From Minisyncoccota bacterium (GTDB lineage: Bacteria; Patescibacteriota; Minisyncoccia; Phycocordibacterales; DATDSR01): a stretch of DNA of 64,000 bases. The stretch covers positions 1,358 through 65,357 of the forward strand of contig DATDVE010000023.1 of NCBI GenBank assembly GCA_036517655.1, read 5' to 3'. The position numbers and the translations under genes were made by a program. The notes below the pieces were generated by a model, which did no database searches, was not told the DNA's origin, and saw nothing but the letters and a program-made list of their open reading frames with translations. This document shows, one piece after another, positions 54,927-64,000 of the stretch (position 1 is the stretch's first letter; every line of letters begins with the position of its first letter).

Positions 54927-57638
54927 ATGATTCCCTTCAATAACTTCACATCCAAGGCACGAGAAGCAGTTCGCAAGGCTCATGAGCTGGTAATTGAGCG
55001 TGGCCAGAATTCTGTCCGGCCTATTCATCTACTGGCGGCTCTGATAATTCAGGAAGAGAGCGTGATCATGTCTGTGCTCGATAAGCTTGGCGTGGATACA
55101 GTGCTACTCACTGATCAACTACTCGAGAATATGGAGGGTTCTGGTGAGGGCGGTTCGGTGGCGGCGCCGTCGTACCAAATATATTTCACACCCGAACTAG
55201 TCAAAGTTCTGGACGAGTCCGGGAGAATGGCCGCAATCTTGCGCGACGAGTTCATCAATACAGAACATCTCTTCTTGGCTCTACTCGAGGTGCCTTCTGT
55301 GGCCCGCGATATCCTAGTTCGTTTCAGGATTAATAGAGATGAAGTGTTCAAGGTTATCGAAGAGATGAGGGCAAGCGGCTCGAGTGCCTCGCCGCAAGTG
55401 TCGAGCAAGAAGACCAAGGCTCTTGATAAATATACTCGCGATCTCACCGAACTTGCATTGCACGAGAAGCTTGATCCGGTTATCGGTCGCGACAATGAGA
55501 TCAGACGCACGATCGAGATTCTATCTAGGCGCACAAAGAATAATCCCATACTGATTGGTGAACCGGGCGTGGGTAAGACGGCTATTGCAGAGGGCCTCGC
55601 TGTGAGGATAGCTAAGCAGGATGTGCCGGAATACTTGCGCGATAAGCGTATTGTGTCACTCGATCTCGGCTCTCTTCTTGCCGGCACGAAATATAGGGGT
55701 GAGTTCGAAGACAGGCTCAAAAATATAATCAAAGAGATAGAGAAGTCTGAGGGCAAGATCGTGCTCTTCATAGATGAGATCCATACTATTGTTGGGGCTG
55801 GCTCTGCCGAAGGATCGGTGGATGCGGCCAATATGCTGAAGCCTGCCCTTGCCCGTGGCGAATTGCGAGCTATTGGCGCCACTACGCTTAAGGAGTATCA
55901 GAAGTACATTGAGAAGGATCAGGCTCTGGCCCGCCGCTTCCAGCCTGTGTATGTCGAAGAGCCGACACTTGAAGATGCAACGGCGATCTTGAGGGGTCTC
56001 AAAGAGAAATATGAATTACATCATGGGGTGCGCATCACGGATGCTGCAATCCAGGCTGCGGTCAATCTCTCTGCGCGCTATATATCTGACAGATTCTTGC
56101 CGGACAAGGCTATTGATCTTGTAGATGAGGCTGCGAGCGCCTTACGTTTGCAGCTTGAGAATAAACCAGCGGCGCTCGAGGATTCGCACCGGAAGATTAT
56201 GCGACTCGAGATCGAGCGTGAAGCTCTCAAGAAAGAGCTTGCTGATAACACCGGTGATGAGAAGACGCACAGGAACAGGTTGAAGGACATAGAAAAAGAG
56301 GTAGCGGATCTGCGTGAGGAAACAAAAGAACTTGAGCTCAAGTGGCAGAACGAGAAGGAGACTATTGCTTCTGTGCGGGGAGCTAAGAAGGAACTTGAAT
56401 TATTGCGCCAAGAGGCCGGACGTGCAGAGGCTCATGCTGATCTTGCCAAGGCAGCCGAAATTAGATACGGCAAGATACCGGCCAAGGAGAAGGATTTGAA
56501 CACGGCCGAAACCAGACTTGGTAAACTTCAGCGATCTCGCAGAATACTGCGCGAAGAGATTACCGAGCAAGACATAGCTGGAGTCGTGGCCAGATGGACC
56601 GGCATACCCGTTCTGCGTATGCTCGAGGAAGAGGCGCAGAAGCTCTTGCGCATGGAGGATGATCTGCGCAAACGCGTACTTGGTCAAGACGATGCGATTT
56701 CTAAGATTGCCAACGCTGTCCGTCGCTCGCGCGCGGGGATCGGGGACCTCGACAGGCCCATTGGTTCATTCATGTTCTTGGGGCCCACGGGTGTGGGCAA
56801 GACAGAGCTTGCGCGGGCGCTCGCCGAGTTCATGTTCAACGACGAGAAGTCACTTGTGCGCATAGACATGAGTGAATATATGGAGAGGCATAGTGTGAGC
56901 AAATTAATCGGCTCACCTCCGGGCTATGTGGGTTACGATGAAGGTGGCGGATTGACAGAGATTATACGTCATAGGCCATACTCGGTTATATTGTTTGACG
57001 AAGTGGAGAAGGCCCACCCAGAAGTGTTTAACATTCTTCTTCAGGTTCTGGACAACGGCAGGTTGACGGATAGTAAGGGCAGAATTGTGAACTTCAAGAA
57101 CTCAATCATTATCCTCACATCAAACATTGGCGCAGAGTATCTGAATAGAATGCACTCGATTGGCTTCTCGGCACCGGGCAAGGAGGAAGGCGGCATGGAT
57201 ATAGAGCGCATGAACGAGAAGATTCTCGAAAGCCTCAAAGATCACTTCAGGCCAGAATTCTTGAACCGACTTGACGACATAATAATCTTCAAGGTGCTTG
57301 ATAGAAACGTGGTCAAGAGTATTGTGGGTATCCAGGTTGGATTTGTTAAGACTAGGCTTGCCGATAAGGGCATCACCCTTGCCGTGGGAGACGAAGTACT
57401 TGGCTATCTTGCCGAGAATGGTTATGATCAGAATTACGGTGCAAGACCACTCAAGCGTCTTATCCAAGATAAGATTCTTAATCCCGTTGCCAGCCAGATT
57501 ATTGCGCGCAAGGTGGAAAGTGGAGGTGAAGTTGCTGTCGACCTGGCCGCTGATAAGAAGGGTCTGGTTGTCTCTGTGAAAAAAACTGGGAAGAAGAGAG
57601 GCCGCTCCCAGCAAGTAGAAGAATCTGTGCGAGTCTGA
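54927..57638 (+). CDS. clpB: ATP-dependent chaperone ClpB
   Basis: 903 aa; two AAA+ modules (GEPGVGKT, GPTGVGKT), long middle coiled-coil domain, Clp N-domain. Confidence 0.9.
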   Translation: MIPFNNFTSKAREAVRKAHELVIERGQNSVRPIHLLAALIIQEESVIMSVLDKLGVDTVLLTDQLLENMEGSGEGGSVAAPSYQIYFTPELVKVLDESGRMAAILRDEFINTEHLFLALLEVPSVARDILVRFRINRDEVFKVIEEMRASGSSASPQVSSKKTKALDKYTRDLTELALHEKLDPVIGRDNEIRRTIEILSRRTKNNPILIGEPGVGKTAIAEGLAVRIAKQDVPEYLRDKRIVSLDLGSLLAGTKYRGEFEDRLKNIIKEIEKSEGKIVLFIDEIHTIVGAGSAEGSVDAANMLKPALARGELRAIGATTLKEYQKYIEKDQALARRFQPVYVEEPTLEDATAILRGLKEKYELHHGVRITDAAIQAAVNLSARYISDRFLPDKAIDLVDEAASALRLQLENKPAALEDSHRKIMRLEIEREALKKELADNTGDEKTHRNRLKDIEKEVADLREETKELELKWQNEKETIASVRGAKKELELLRQEAGRAEAHADLAKAAEIRYGKIPAKEKDLNTAETRLGKLQRSRRILREEITEQDIAGVVARWTGIPVLRMLEEEAQKLLRMEDDLRKRVLGQDDAISKIANAVRRSRAGIGDLDRPIGSFMFLGPTGVGKTELARALAEFMFNDEKSLVRIDMSEYMERHSVSKLIGSPPGYVGYDEGGGLTEIIRHRPYSVILFDEVEKAHPEVFNILLQVLDNGRLTDSKGRIVNFKNSIIILTSNIGAEYLNRMHSIGFSAPGKEEGGMDIERMNEKILESLKDHFRPEFLNRLDDIIIFKVLDRNVVKSIVGIQVGFVKTRLADKGITLAVGDEVLGYLAENGYDQNYGARPLKRLIQDKILNPVASQIIARKVESGGEVAVDLAADKKGLVVSVKKTGKKRGRSQQVEESVRV

Positions 57639-57677
57639 TAAAATCGAACTTGGCCTTCGTAGTCTGCAAGAAGGAAG

Positions 57678-57760
57678 GCTGGGATACTCAAGTGGTCAAC
57701 GAGGGGAGACTGTAAATCTCCTGCCTATAGGCTTCGCAGGTTCGAATCCTGCTCCCAGCA
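57678..57760 (+). tRNA. tRNA-Tyr (anticodon GTA), class II with long variable arm
   Basis: Acceptor GCTGGGA/TCCCAGC, anticodon stem GGAGA/TCTCC with loop CTGTAAA, variable arm UGCCUAUAGGCUUC, T-arm GCAGG-TTCGAAT-CCTGC. Confidence 0.8.
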
Positions 57761-57905
57761 TCACGTAAAATCCCGCTTCGCGGGATCACGTGACGCAGTC
57801 GCCTCGTGGTCACTAGACTTTACGAGGCAGTCACTGAGACTGCGAGTGGTGATTTTACGTGCCCCGTGGGAGCTTGCAAAGCAAGCGACTTTACGGGGAG
57901 GAATC

Positions 57906-58181
57906 ATGTACTACGTTGTTTACATCCTCGAGGATCAGTCTGACAAGACCTGGTATACCGGGTATACGAGTGATCTCAATAGAAGAATGAAAGAGCATGA
58001 GGGCAAGCGCAGTCCCTATACAAGCAGGAAAGGCCAAATGAAACTTATCTACGCCGAGATGTATTTGCACAAGATGGATGCAATTGGACGAGAAACTTTT
58101 CTCAAGAGTGGGTCGGGACATAGATTTGTCAAGAAACAACTAGCCAATTACTTATCTGGACCGCTGATTGCCAAGGGATAA
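57906..58181 (+). CDS. GIY-YIG nuclease family protein (short, UPF0213/YhbQ-like)
   Basis: 91 aa from MYYVVYIL; GIY-YIG core YVVYIL...WYTGYTSDLNRRMKEHE; RBS GGGGAGG upstream. Confidence 0.65.
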   Translation: MYYVVYILEDQSDKTWYTGYTSDLNRRMKEHEGKRSPYTSRKGQMKLIYAEMYLHKMDAIGRETFLKSGSGHRFVKKQLANYLSGPLIAKG

Positions 58182-58241
58182 AGGAGGAGTAGTTTTGCAG
58201 CAGCAGTTGCATTTTTTGTCTTTCTCGTATAACCTACCCCC

Positions 58242-58409
58242 ATGCCACAACCACATTTGATCAAGCTTGCCTGTAGCAAATGCAAGCGCATTAACTATTG
58301 GTCCAGCAAGAACAAGAAGAACAAAAAGGGTATAGACCGCAAAATCGAACTCAAGAAGTATTGCCGCTGGTGCAAAGCACATACGGTACACAAGCAAGCC
58401 AAAAAGTAG
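58242..58409 (+). CDS. rpmG: 50S ribosomal protein L33
   Basis: 55 aa (below the ORF-track cutoff): MPQPHLIKLACSKCKRINYWSSKNKKNKKGIDRKIELKKYCRWCKAHTVHKQAKK; Cys4 zinc ribbon and basic composition typical of bL33. Confidence 0.75.
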   Translation: MPQPHLIKLACSKCKRINYWSSKNKKNKKGIDRKIELKKYCRWCKAHTVHKQAKK

Positions 58410-58424
58410 TAAGCTATTCCCGTA

Positions 58425-58495
58425 GGGTCCATAGTTAAATGGTATAATTCCAGTCTCCAAAACTGGAGTTCTTGGTTCGATTCCAAGTGGGCCCG
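58425..58495 (+). tRNA. tRNA-Trp (anticodon CCA)
   Basis: Acceptor GGGTCCA/TGGGCCC, D-arm GTTA-AATGGTA-TAAT, anticodon stem CCAGT/ACTGG with loop CTCCAAA, T-arm CTTGG-TTCGATT-CCAAG. Confidence 0.8.
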
Positions 58496-58498
58496 CAT

Positions 58499-59737
58499 AT
58501 GGAAGTTTCTGTTAAAAACGGTGAAATTGTTCTGTCGGTTAGTGAATACATTGAACGGCTTAACCTTGCTCTTGGGGGTGAGGCGGGATTCGTTGAGGGG
58601 GAAGTGACGGAGTTTAAAGCAAGTGCCAAGTGGGTCGGATTCACACTCAAGGATTCACAAAGTTCGGTGGAGAGACCGCCAACTGGCGGACTCACCGCCA
58701 CAAGTGCTGTGCTTAAGTGTGTGATGCATGCTCATATGTTTCGCCGGCTTGGCGTTGCCATCGAGGATGGTATGAGAGTCAAAGTTTATGGCGTGCCCCG
58801 GATCTCGAAGGGTTGGGGCAGTTTAGGATTATGGGTTGAGAGTATTGAGCCACTTGGTGAAGGCTCGCTTAAGAAGGCTTACGAGTTACTTTTTAAGAAA
58901 TTAACTCTCGAGGGACTATTCGCTCGCAAGCGCGAGTTGCCGGAGTTCATTTCGCGCATTGGCGTGATTAGCTCGCGCGACGGCGTAGTTCTTCAAGACC
59001 TACGCAAGAATCTCCGAAGGTTAAGCCTTCGGGTAAACTTTGTACACACCCAAGTTGAAGGCGCCGGAGCCGTGCCGGGCATCTTGCGAGCGCTCGACTA
59101 TTTTAATCGTAGCGGAAATGATTATGACTGTGTTGTGCTAATACGGGGTGGGGGATCGCTCGAGAGTTTGCAAGCTTTCAACAATGAGGAAGTTGTGCGA
59201 GCTATCTATGCAATGCCTGTACCGGTGATCGCGGGCATTGGCCACGACGTAGACGTGCCCCTCTCTGCGCTCGTGGCAGATGCAATGGCCAGCACGCCCA
59301 CGGGTGTGGCCCACATAATTAATGCTACCTGGGACGCACTTGCGCTTGGCCTGCCTGATCTAACTCGCAGGATTCACGATGGTATGAGTGACATTGTTTA
59401 CGCGCACAAGCAAAGAGTAGAACTTTTGCAGACGCGTATGCACACATACTTTGTTCAACTATTTCGCACATTTGACTTAGCCGCCGGGCGGCTAAGTAGG
59501 GCGCGAGAGAGGGTTGGGGAGAGAATTAGGGCATTGCAGGAGTATCTTGCGCGCACAGAGCGCTTGCTCACATTTTCTGATCCAATCAGGAATTTGAAAC
59601 TGGGGTATAGTTTGACGTATGTAGCGGGCAAGGTTCTCAAGAGCAAAAAAGATGCTAGAATAGGCGACACACTAGAAACTAGAGTGAGTGACGGGCTGAT
59701 TGATTCTAAAATTAGTAACATTCGCATGAATTCGTAA
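58499..59737 (+). CDS. xseA: exodeoxyribonuclease VII large subunit
   Basis: OB-fold N-terminus (VEGEVTEFKASAKWVGFTLKD), catalytic region RGGGSLESL...GIGHDVD; start set after tRNA-Trp. Confidence 0.8.
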   Translation: MEVSVKNGEIVLSVSEYIERLNLALGGEAGFVEGEVTEFKASAKWVGFTLKDSQSSVERPPTGGLTATSAVLKCVMHAHMFRRLGVAIEDGMRVKVYGVPRISKGWGSLGLWVESIEPLGEGSLKKAYELLFKKLTLEGLFARKRELPEFISRIGVISSRDGVVLQDLRKNLRRLSLRVNFVHTQVEGAGAVPGILRALDYFNRSGNDYDCVVLIRGGGSLESLQAFNNEEVVRAIYAMPVPVIAGIGHDVDVPLSALVADAMASTPTGVAHIINATWDALALGLPDLTRRIHDGMSDIVYAHKQRVELLQTRMHTYFVQLFRTFDLAAGRLSRARERVGERIRALQEYLARTERLLTFSDPIRNLKLGYSLTYVAGKVLKSKKDARIGDTLETRVSDGLIDSKISNIRMNS

Positions 59738-59751
59738 ATTAGCATCGCGCT

Positions 59752-59949
59752 ATGAATAAAAGGATAAATATAAAAGAAAAACTGGGCAAACTCGAAGAGA
59801 TAGCCAGCTGGTTCGACAAGCAGAAAGAGGTAGACGTCGAAGAAGGCTTAAAAAAAGTCAAAGAAGGCAATGCCTTAGTTAAAGAATTGAGAGAGCGTTT
59901 GAGCGAAGTAGAGAACGAATTCGAAGAACTAAAGAAGGATTTGGACTAA
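59752..59949 (+). CDS. xseB: exodeoxyribonuclease VII small subunit
   Basis: 65 aa helical protein directly downstream of xseA (KLEEIASWFDKQ...). Confidence 0.7.
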   Translation: MNKRINIKEKLGKLEEIASWFDKQKEVDVEEGLKKVKEGNALVKELRERLSEVENEFEELKKDLD

Positions 59950-60796
59950 CTTGGTTACCTGGTAACCAAATGATTGATTTTTCGCGTTTGAACCAGGTCA
60001 TCTGGCGTTTGGCGTAGTTTAGGTTTTCTTTTTCTATGCTCTCTAGCATTTCTTTTTTTGTAAGTTTATTTCGCAGGTAGTTTGCAACTATTCTGTATTC
60101 TAGTCCCAACGACTCAAGGCGTTTCCAAGAGAGGCCATTTTTATGTAGCTTTTTCACCTCCCCAACCATGCCTCGGCTCATACGCCGTGTGAGCCGATCG
60201 TGAATCTTGAATCGTAATTCGTGAATCGTTGGCCTAATCCCCAGCATCACCGGCGCATACCTCGGTTCTGACTTTAACTCCGGCACTCTCCCTAATGCCT
60301 TTGCAATCTCGATTGCCCTCACTAATCTTCTGGGGTTATGCCTGTCTATTTGCCTGGCCCGAGCAGGGTCGAGGGCTTTGAGCAGTTTGAGCAGTTTGTC
60401 GTTTGTTAGTTTTTCCAAACGTGCACGAAGTTTGGGGTTTGGTTTTACCTCCGGAACTATTAATCCTTGCGTTATGGCGCTGATGTATTGCCCGGTGCCC
60501 CCCACGATTGTCGGTAATTTGTTGCGAGATAAAATGTCGTCTATTATTTTGTATGCAAGTTTCTGATACTGCGAGACATTAAACACGTGTTTAGGATTTG
60601 CCACATCTAGCATATGATGCGCCACGCCCAGCATCTCACGCTTCGTCACTTTGCCGGAGCCAATGTCTAGCCCACGATAAATTTGCCGCGAGTCGGCGCT
60701 TACAATCTCACCGTTAAATTTTTTGGCAAGTTTAATTCCAAGCGCGGATTTGCCGGAGGCGTTGGGGCCGACTATGACGAGAATCTTTGGTTTCAT
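59879..60796 (-). CDS. miaA: tRNA dimethylallyltransferase MiaA (3' end uncertain, reads through a palindromic element)
   Basis: MKPKILVIVGPNASGKSALGIKLAK P-loop, SADSRQIYRGLDIGSGK; the C-terminal about 30 codons overlap xseB by 70 nt and include the TTGGTTACCTGGTAACCAA palindrome. Confidence 0.8.
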   Translation of the reverse strand: MKPKILVIVGPNASGKSALGIKLAKKFNGEIVSADSRQIYRGLDIGSGKVTKREMLGVAHHMLDVANPKHVFNVSQYQKLAYKIIDDILSRNKLPTIVGGTGQYISAITQGLIVPEVKPNPKLRARLEKLTNDKLLKLLKALDPARARQIDRHNPRRLVRAIEIAKALGRVPELKSEPRYAPVMLGIRPTIHELRFKIHDRLTRRMSRGMVGEVKKLHKNGLSWKRLESLGLEYRIVANYLRNKLTKKEMLESIEKENLNYAKRQMTWFKREKSIIWLPGNQVSPNPSLVLRIRSLLRSNALSIL

Positions 60797-60860
60797 GTTT
60801 TAACTTTAAGTGACCCCCTCGACGTTTGCGTGCATATAAACGCGTCTCGGGGGCTTGTCG

Positions 60861-61109
60861 CTAGGAGCTGATGTGGACCCAGGTTCTGAGTTTGTTGACG
60901 TAAATCTCGGCCGAGCCAGACCCCACTGCTTGCTGAAGAACTGCAAGCAATACGGAAGCCTGACTCTCGTCCTTGATGTACTCGGCGAACTCATCTGCTG
61001 CGACCTCCGGCTTCATTGTCCGGTTGATAATTGCCCCTACCAATTCCCGTACACGTGAGATTGGCATGGCGCTCGGTTCATCGCGATTCTGTTGCTGGGG
61101 CAAAGACAT
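60861..61109 (-). CDS. hypothetical protein
   Basis: 82 aa, soluble helical, acidic. Confidence 0.3.
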   Translation of the reverse strand: MSLPQQQNRDEPSAMPISRVRELVGAIINRTMKPEVAADEFAEYIKDESQASVLLAVLQQAVGSGSAEIYVNKLRTWVHISS

Positions 61110-61163
61110 GGGTCACCTCCTTTCGAGCCTTGGGACCTTGCCCAGAGCTATTATATCACAAAA

Positions 61164-61246
61164 TGCCGGAGGAGGGACTTGAACCCTCACGCCCTTGCGA
61201 GCACAGGATTTTGAGTCCTGCGTGTCTGCCATTCCACCACTCCGGC
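61164..61246 (-). tRNA. tRNA-Leu (anticodon CAA)
   Basis: Revcomp GCCGGAGTGGTGGAATGGCAGACACGC-AGGAC-TCAAAAT-CCTGT, long variable arm, T-arm GAGGG-TTCAAGT-CCCTC. Confidence 0.85.
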
Positions 61247-61296
61247 CTACTTCGCCAAGGCTTCGCACGCCAAGGCTGGCGTGCTAATATTATCAC

Positions 61297-62220
61297 ATGT
61301 CTGAAGAGTTGCCGTTTAGTAATTCTATTTTTTGGATTGAGGTGGGCAAGATTAGCCCTAACCCTTTCCAGCCACGCAAAGAATTTGATCAGAGGGCTCT
61401 CGAGAGCTTAGCCGATTCTATTAAGCAGTACGGCGTGCTTCAGCCACTGGTTGTGACGCGCAAGGAATTTGAGAAACCAGATGGTGGTATTGCTGTTGAG
61501 TATGAACTAATAGCGGGCGAACGCAGATTGCGCGCAAGCAAACTTGCGGGTCTCCTTCAAGTGCCTGCTGTAATCAGACCTGGTCAAGATAACGACAAAG
61601 TCAAACTCGAGATTGCAATAATAGAGAACTTGCAGCGTGAGGACCTAAACCCCATTGATCGGGCTGAAGCCTTCAAAAAACTTTTGGACGAATTTGGTTA
61701 CAAAGCGACCGAAGTGGCTAAGAAAATTGGCATGAGTCGCGAGTACGTCTCTAATACTGTGCGTATGCTTGGTCTACCAGCGCACATGATCGAGAGCATT
61801 AGGCAAGGTGAGATTACAGAAGGTCACTCGAGGCCACTGCTCATGCTCACCGATAAACCTGCCGAGCAGGAGACGCTTTATAAAGATATCAAAGTGAGGC
61901 GGCTTTCGGTGCGTGATACAGAAAGTGCCGCGCGGCATATCGCAGTTGATAAAGTGCGCAAGCATAGCCTCATAGACCCAGAGATTGCCGCGGCTGAATC
62001 GCAACTGACAGAAAAGTTTGGAACAAAAGTAGAAATCCAGAAAAAGCAAGATGGTGGCAGAATTATGATAGATTATTTCTCACCCGAAGATCTTAAAAAT
62101 CTACTCGAAAAGTTAATTGCGGGGCAGATTGTTCCCGAGACTGCAATAGACGATCGGAGCAAAGAAGAGAAACAGGAAGACGAAGGAGAGCTCTATTCTG
62201 TCTCAAACTTTACGGTGTAG
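61297..62220 (+). CDS. parB: ParB/Spo0J chromosome partitioning protein
   Basis: 307 aa; ParB box [19 protein letters not shown] region; N-terminal [10 protein letters not shown]. Confidence 0.85.
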   Translation: MSEELPFSNSIFWIEVGKISPNPFQPRKEFDQRALESLADSIKQYGVLQPLVVTRKEFEKPDGGIAVEYELIAGERRLRASKLAGLLQVPAVIRPGQDNDKVKLEIAIIENLQREDLNPIDRAEAFKKLLDEFGYKATEVAKKIGMSREYVSNTVRMLGLPAHMIESIRQGEITEGHSRPLLMLTDKPAEQETLYKDIKVRRLSVRDTESAARHIAVDKVRKHSLIDPEIAAAESQLTEKFGTKVEIQKKQDGGRIMIDYFSPEDLKNLLEKLIAGQIVPETAIDDRSKEEKQEDEGELYSVSNFTV

Positions 62221-63657
62221 AGCCGCTCTAATCTTCCTTCTCGCTTCCACTGTACGTGCAAATTCGAGCCATTTTCGATTTGGTCGGGCCGATTTTGAGG
62301 TCTCGATCAGAACAGTTTCGTACCCGTGCAGGGGAGTGTCGAGGGATTTGTACTTGCCATTTATCTTAGCAGCATGAGCATGGTTGCCTAGATCAGAATG
62401 TATTGCGTAAGCAAAATCGATAGGTGTAGAGCCTTCTGGCAGCTCTATCACATCGCCCGTTGGGGTGAAGACGAATATGCGGTCACGGAAGAAGTCAAGC
62501 TTCACTGCTTCAGCGAAGTCCGAAATATTTTTAGACTTCTTTGCAATCTCAAGCATCTGCTTTACCCAGACAAGACTATTAGCCCAGCGGCCACCGGTGT
62601 CCGGCTTGTCGCTCTCCTCGTACGCGACCACCGCAGCCACTCCGTACTCTGCCTCCGCGTGCATCTCTTTAGTTCTGATCTGAATCTCGGCCATGCTGCC
62701 GTCCCCCGTATAGATCGTGGTGTGGATGCTCTGGTAACCATTCGGCTTGGGGTTGGCTACGTAATCCTTCACTTTGCCAGCGACGGGCTTCCACTTAGAG
62801 TGTATTAAGCCCAGTATCTTGTAGCAGTTCTCAACTGTGTCAGTCACGATCCTAAGAGCGAGCAAATCTCGGATCTTGTCTATCTCGAAGTTGTAGCGTC
62901 CAAGTTTCTTCCACAGACTGTACATATTCTTTAGACGGTAATCTACCTCAATTATGTTGATATTCTCTTTGGAGAAATACTTGCGCAACGAGCGATAGAT
63001 TTTCTCGAGGTTCTTGGTAGCTATCGGCGCCCTTTTCTTAAGCAACTTGCTTACTTTGGCATATTCGTCGGGGTAAACGTAAGGAAAGGCGAGAGTCTCA
63101 AATTGTGCCTTCACTCTACCCATACCTAATCTGTTTGCAAGGGGAGCATAGACCTCGAGAGTCTCAAGGGCCACTTGTTTCTGGTCCTCCCTACTTCTCC
63201 TGCTAAGTACTTCCATGGTATGCAACCTATGTGCGAAGGCGATGAAGATTATGCGCAAGTCCTTGGCGAATACGACAAAAAATCTGCGCAAGTCCTCTAC
63301 ATGCTTCTCAAGGCCTTTGTAATGAATGTCAGTCAGGCTCCTGGTGCCCTTTATCAGATTGAGCACCTCTATTCCAAATTCTCTTTTGACGTCCTCTTCG
63401 CTCGCGTCTCCACTTCCTGTTGTGCTGTGGATGAGACCCGCAACTATAACTATGGTAGGCAGTTTCCAGGAGGCCAAGGTCTTGGCTGTTTCGACACAGT
63501 GGGAGATGTATGGTTCTCCGGATTTGCGCGCACGACCCTCAAGATGCACCTGCGCGAACTTGTAGGCGCGAGCTATCAGAGCTTCGTCCGCCGCACTTTG
63601 CCGGCCAGTGAGCTTAGTTATTTCTTGGAGAGCTTGTGTGGATTGTGGTTCGGGCAT
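62203..63657 (-). CDS. RelA/SpoT-family (p)ppGpp synthetase/hydrolase (compact, HD + synthetase + TGS)
   Basis: 484 aa; HD motif region (HCVETAKTLASW...), synthetase domain (RIVTDTVENCYKILGLIHS), TGS-like segment (FVFTPTGDVIELPEGSTPIDFAYAIHS). Confidence 0.8.
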   Translation of the reverse strand: MPEPQSTQALQEITKLTGRQSAADEALIARAYKFAQVHLEGRARKSGEPYISHCVETAKTLASWKLPTIVIVAGLIHSTTGSGDASEEDVKREFGIEVLNLIKGTRSLTDIHYKGLEKHVEDLRRFFVVFAKDLRIIFIAFAHRLHTMEVLSRRSREDQKQVALETLEVYAPLANRLGMGRVKAQFETLAFPYVYPDEYAKVSKLLKKRAPIATKNLEKIYRSLRKYFSKENINIIEVDYRLKNMYSLWKKLGRYNFEIDKIRDLLALRIVTDTVENCYKILGLIHSKWKPVAGKVKDYVANPKPNGYQSIHTTIYTGDGSMAEIQIRTKEMHAEAEYGVAAVVAYEESDKPDTGGRWANSLVWVKQMLEIAKKSKNISDFAEAVKLDFFRDRIFVFTPTGDVIELPEGSTPIDFAYAIHSDLGNHAHAAKINGKYKSLDTPLHGYETVLIETSKSARPNRKWLEFARTVEARRKIRAALHRKV

Positions 63658-64000
63658 TGTTTATTCGAGCAACGCTCTGGGATTGTTTTGGTCCCCTCCA
63701 TTTTTAAACTGCCGCAGAGTTCGCAAAGTTTGCCTGTAGGCTTGCTCTTTGTGATATTTTTACAGTCCGGATAATTCGAGCAGCTATAAAATAGGCCAAA
63801 CCTACCCCTCTTTTCTATCATTGTTCCGGTTTTACAGATCGGACACGTTACGCCTGTGTCGGCTCGCTTCCTAGCCTCCTCGTCAACCTTTACGTACTTG
63901 CACTTGGGGTATCGCGAGCAAGCAATGAATGTGCCATATTTGCCTGATCGCTCAACCAGCATGCCGCCTGCCTGCGCAGGCAGGCCTCCCTTCCCCTTTT
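63618..64000 (-). CDS. topA: DNA topoisomerase I, C-terminal Zn-ribbon region (partial; gene continues beyond window end)
   Basis: Repeated C4 zinc-ribbon motifs (CPICKTG...CSNYPDC; CELCGS...C..C) typical of the TopA C-terminus; the frame stays open to position 64000. Confidence 0.6.
   Translation of the reverse strand, partial: KGKGGLPAQAGGMLVERSGKYGTFIACSRYPKCKYVKVDEEARKRADTGVTCPICKTGTMIEKRGRFGLFYSCSNYPDCKNITKSKPTGKLCELCGSLKMEGTKTIPERCSNKQCPNHNPHKLSKK

Noticed and set aside
57722-57745. Match of the recurrent GGCTTCGCRGG motif inside tRNA-Tyr
   Set aside because: The match is composed of the 3' end of the variable arm plus the canonical T-stem of a well-formed tRNA-Tyr. It lacks the CCCAC...5' half of the motif, so it is most likely coincidental.
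1-64000. CRISPR arrays, rRNA genes, intact prophage or integrase genes
   Set aside because: No spacer-repeat periodicity was seen anywhere. No rRNA signature helices were seen. The only integrase-associated hint is the small excisionase-like HTH gene at 6210..6422, which has no integrase partner in the window.

Overview
This is a 64 kb chromosomal segment from a small-genome bacterium with moderate-to-low GC. It carries shortened housekeeping proteins (IF-2 of 496 aa, ValRS of 702 aa) and many two-TM pilin-like genes, which fits a Patescibacteria/CPR-like organism; that placement is inference. The backbone is ordinary housekeeping. It includes class II RNR, MurJ, LepA, a complete Liv-type ABC transporter operon, ValRS, TsaD, the ftsA-ftsZ pair, HisS, LepB, Pth, S1, GyrA, IF-2/RbfA, ClpB, XseAB, MiaA, ParB, RelA/SpoT, the C-terminal end of TopA, 13 tRNAs and an RNase P RNA. 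I found no rRNA and no CRISPR array. Eight features stand out: (1) a tandem array of 8 paralogous two-TM TrbC/VirB2-like (T4SS pilin-like) genes, the last one fused to a peptidase-M15-like domain, next to a peptidoglycan amidase; (2) a ~2 kb high-GC island with three unknown ORFs that splits this array and is bounded by direct copies of a ~25-nt hairpin motif that also occurs inside rnpB and next to tRNA-Leu; (3) a lexA-like gene plus Y-family polymerase cassette with a perfect 22-bp palindromic operator, bracketed by paralogous high-GC ORF copies (one a fragment); (4) two paralogous HUH-Y1 RAYT/IS200-like transposase genes, each flanked by its own hairpin palindromes, bracketing gyrA; (5) short palindromic DNA elements (TTGGTTACCWGGTAACCAA and CCTGCCTGCGCAGGCAGG) sitting in-frame inside lepA, miaA, the amidase gene and topA; (6) a duplicated tRNA-Cys 3' fragment with strong palindromes; (7) a GC-rich structured intergenic region with no assignment; (8) a heavily structured spacer between tRNA-Tyr and a GIY-YIG gene. 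Every functional call comes from reading motifs in the translations, and no database search was possible.
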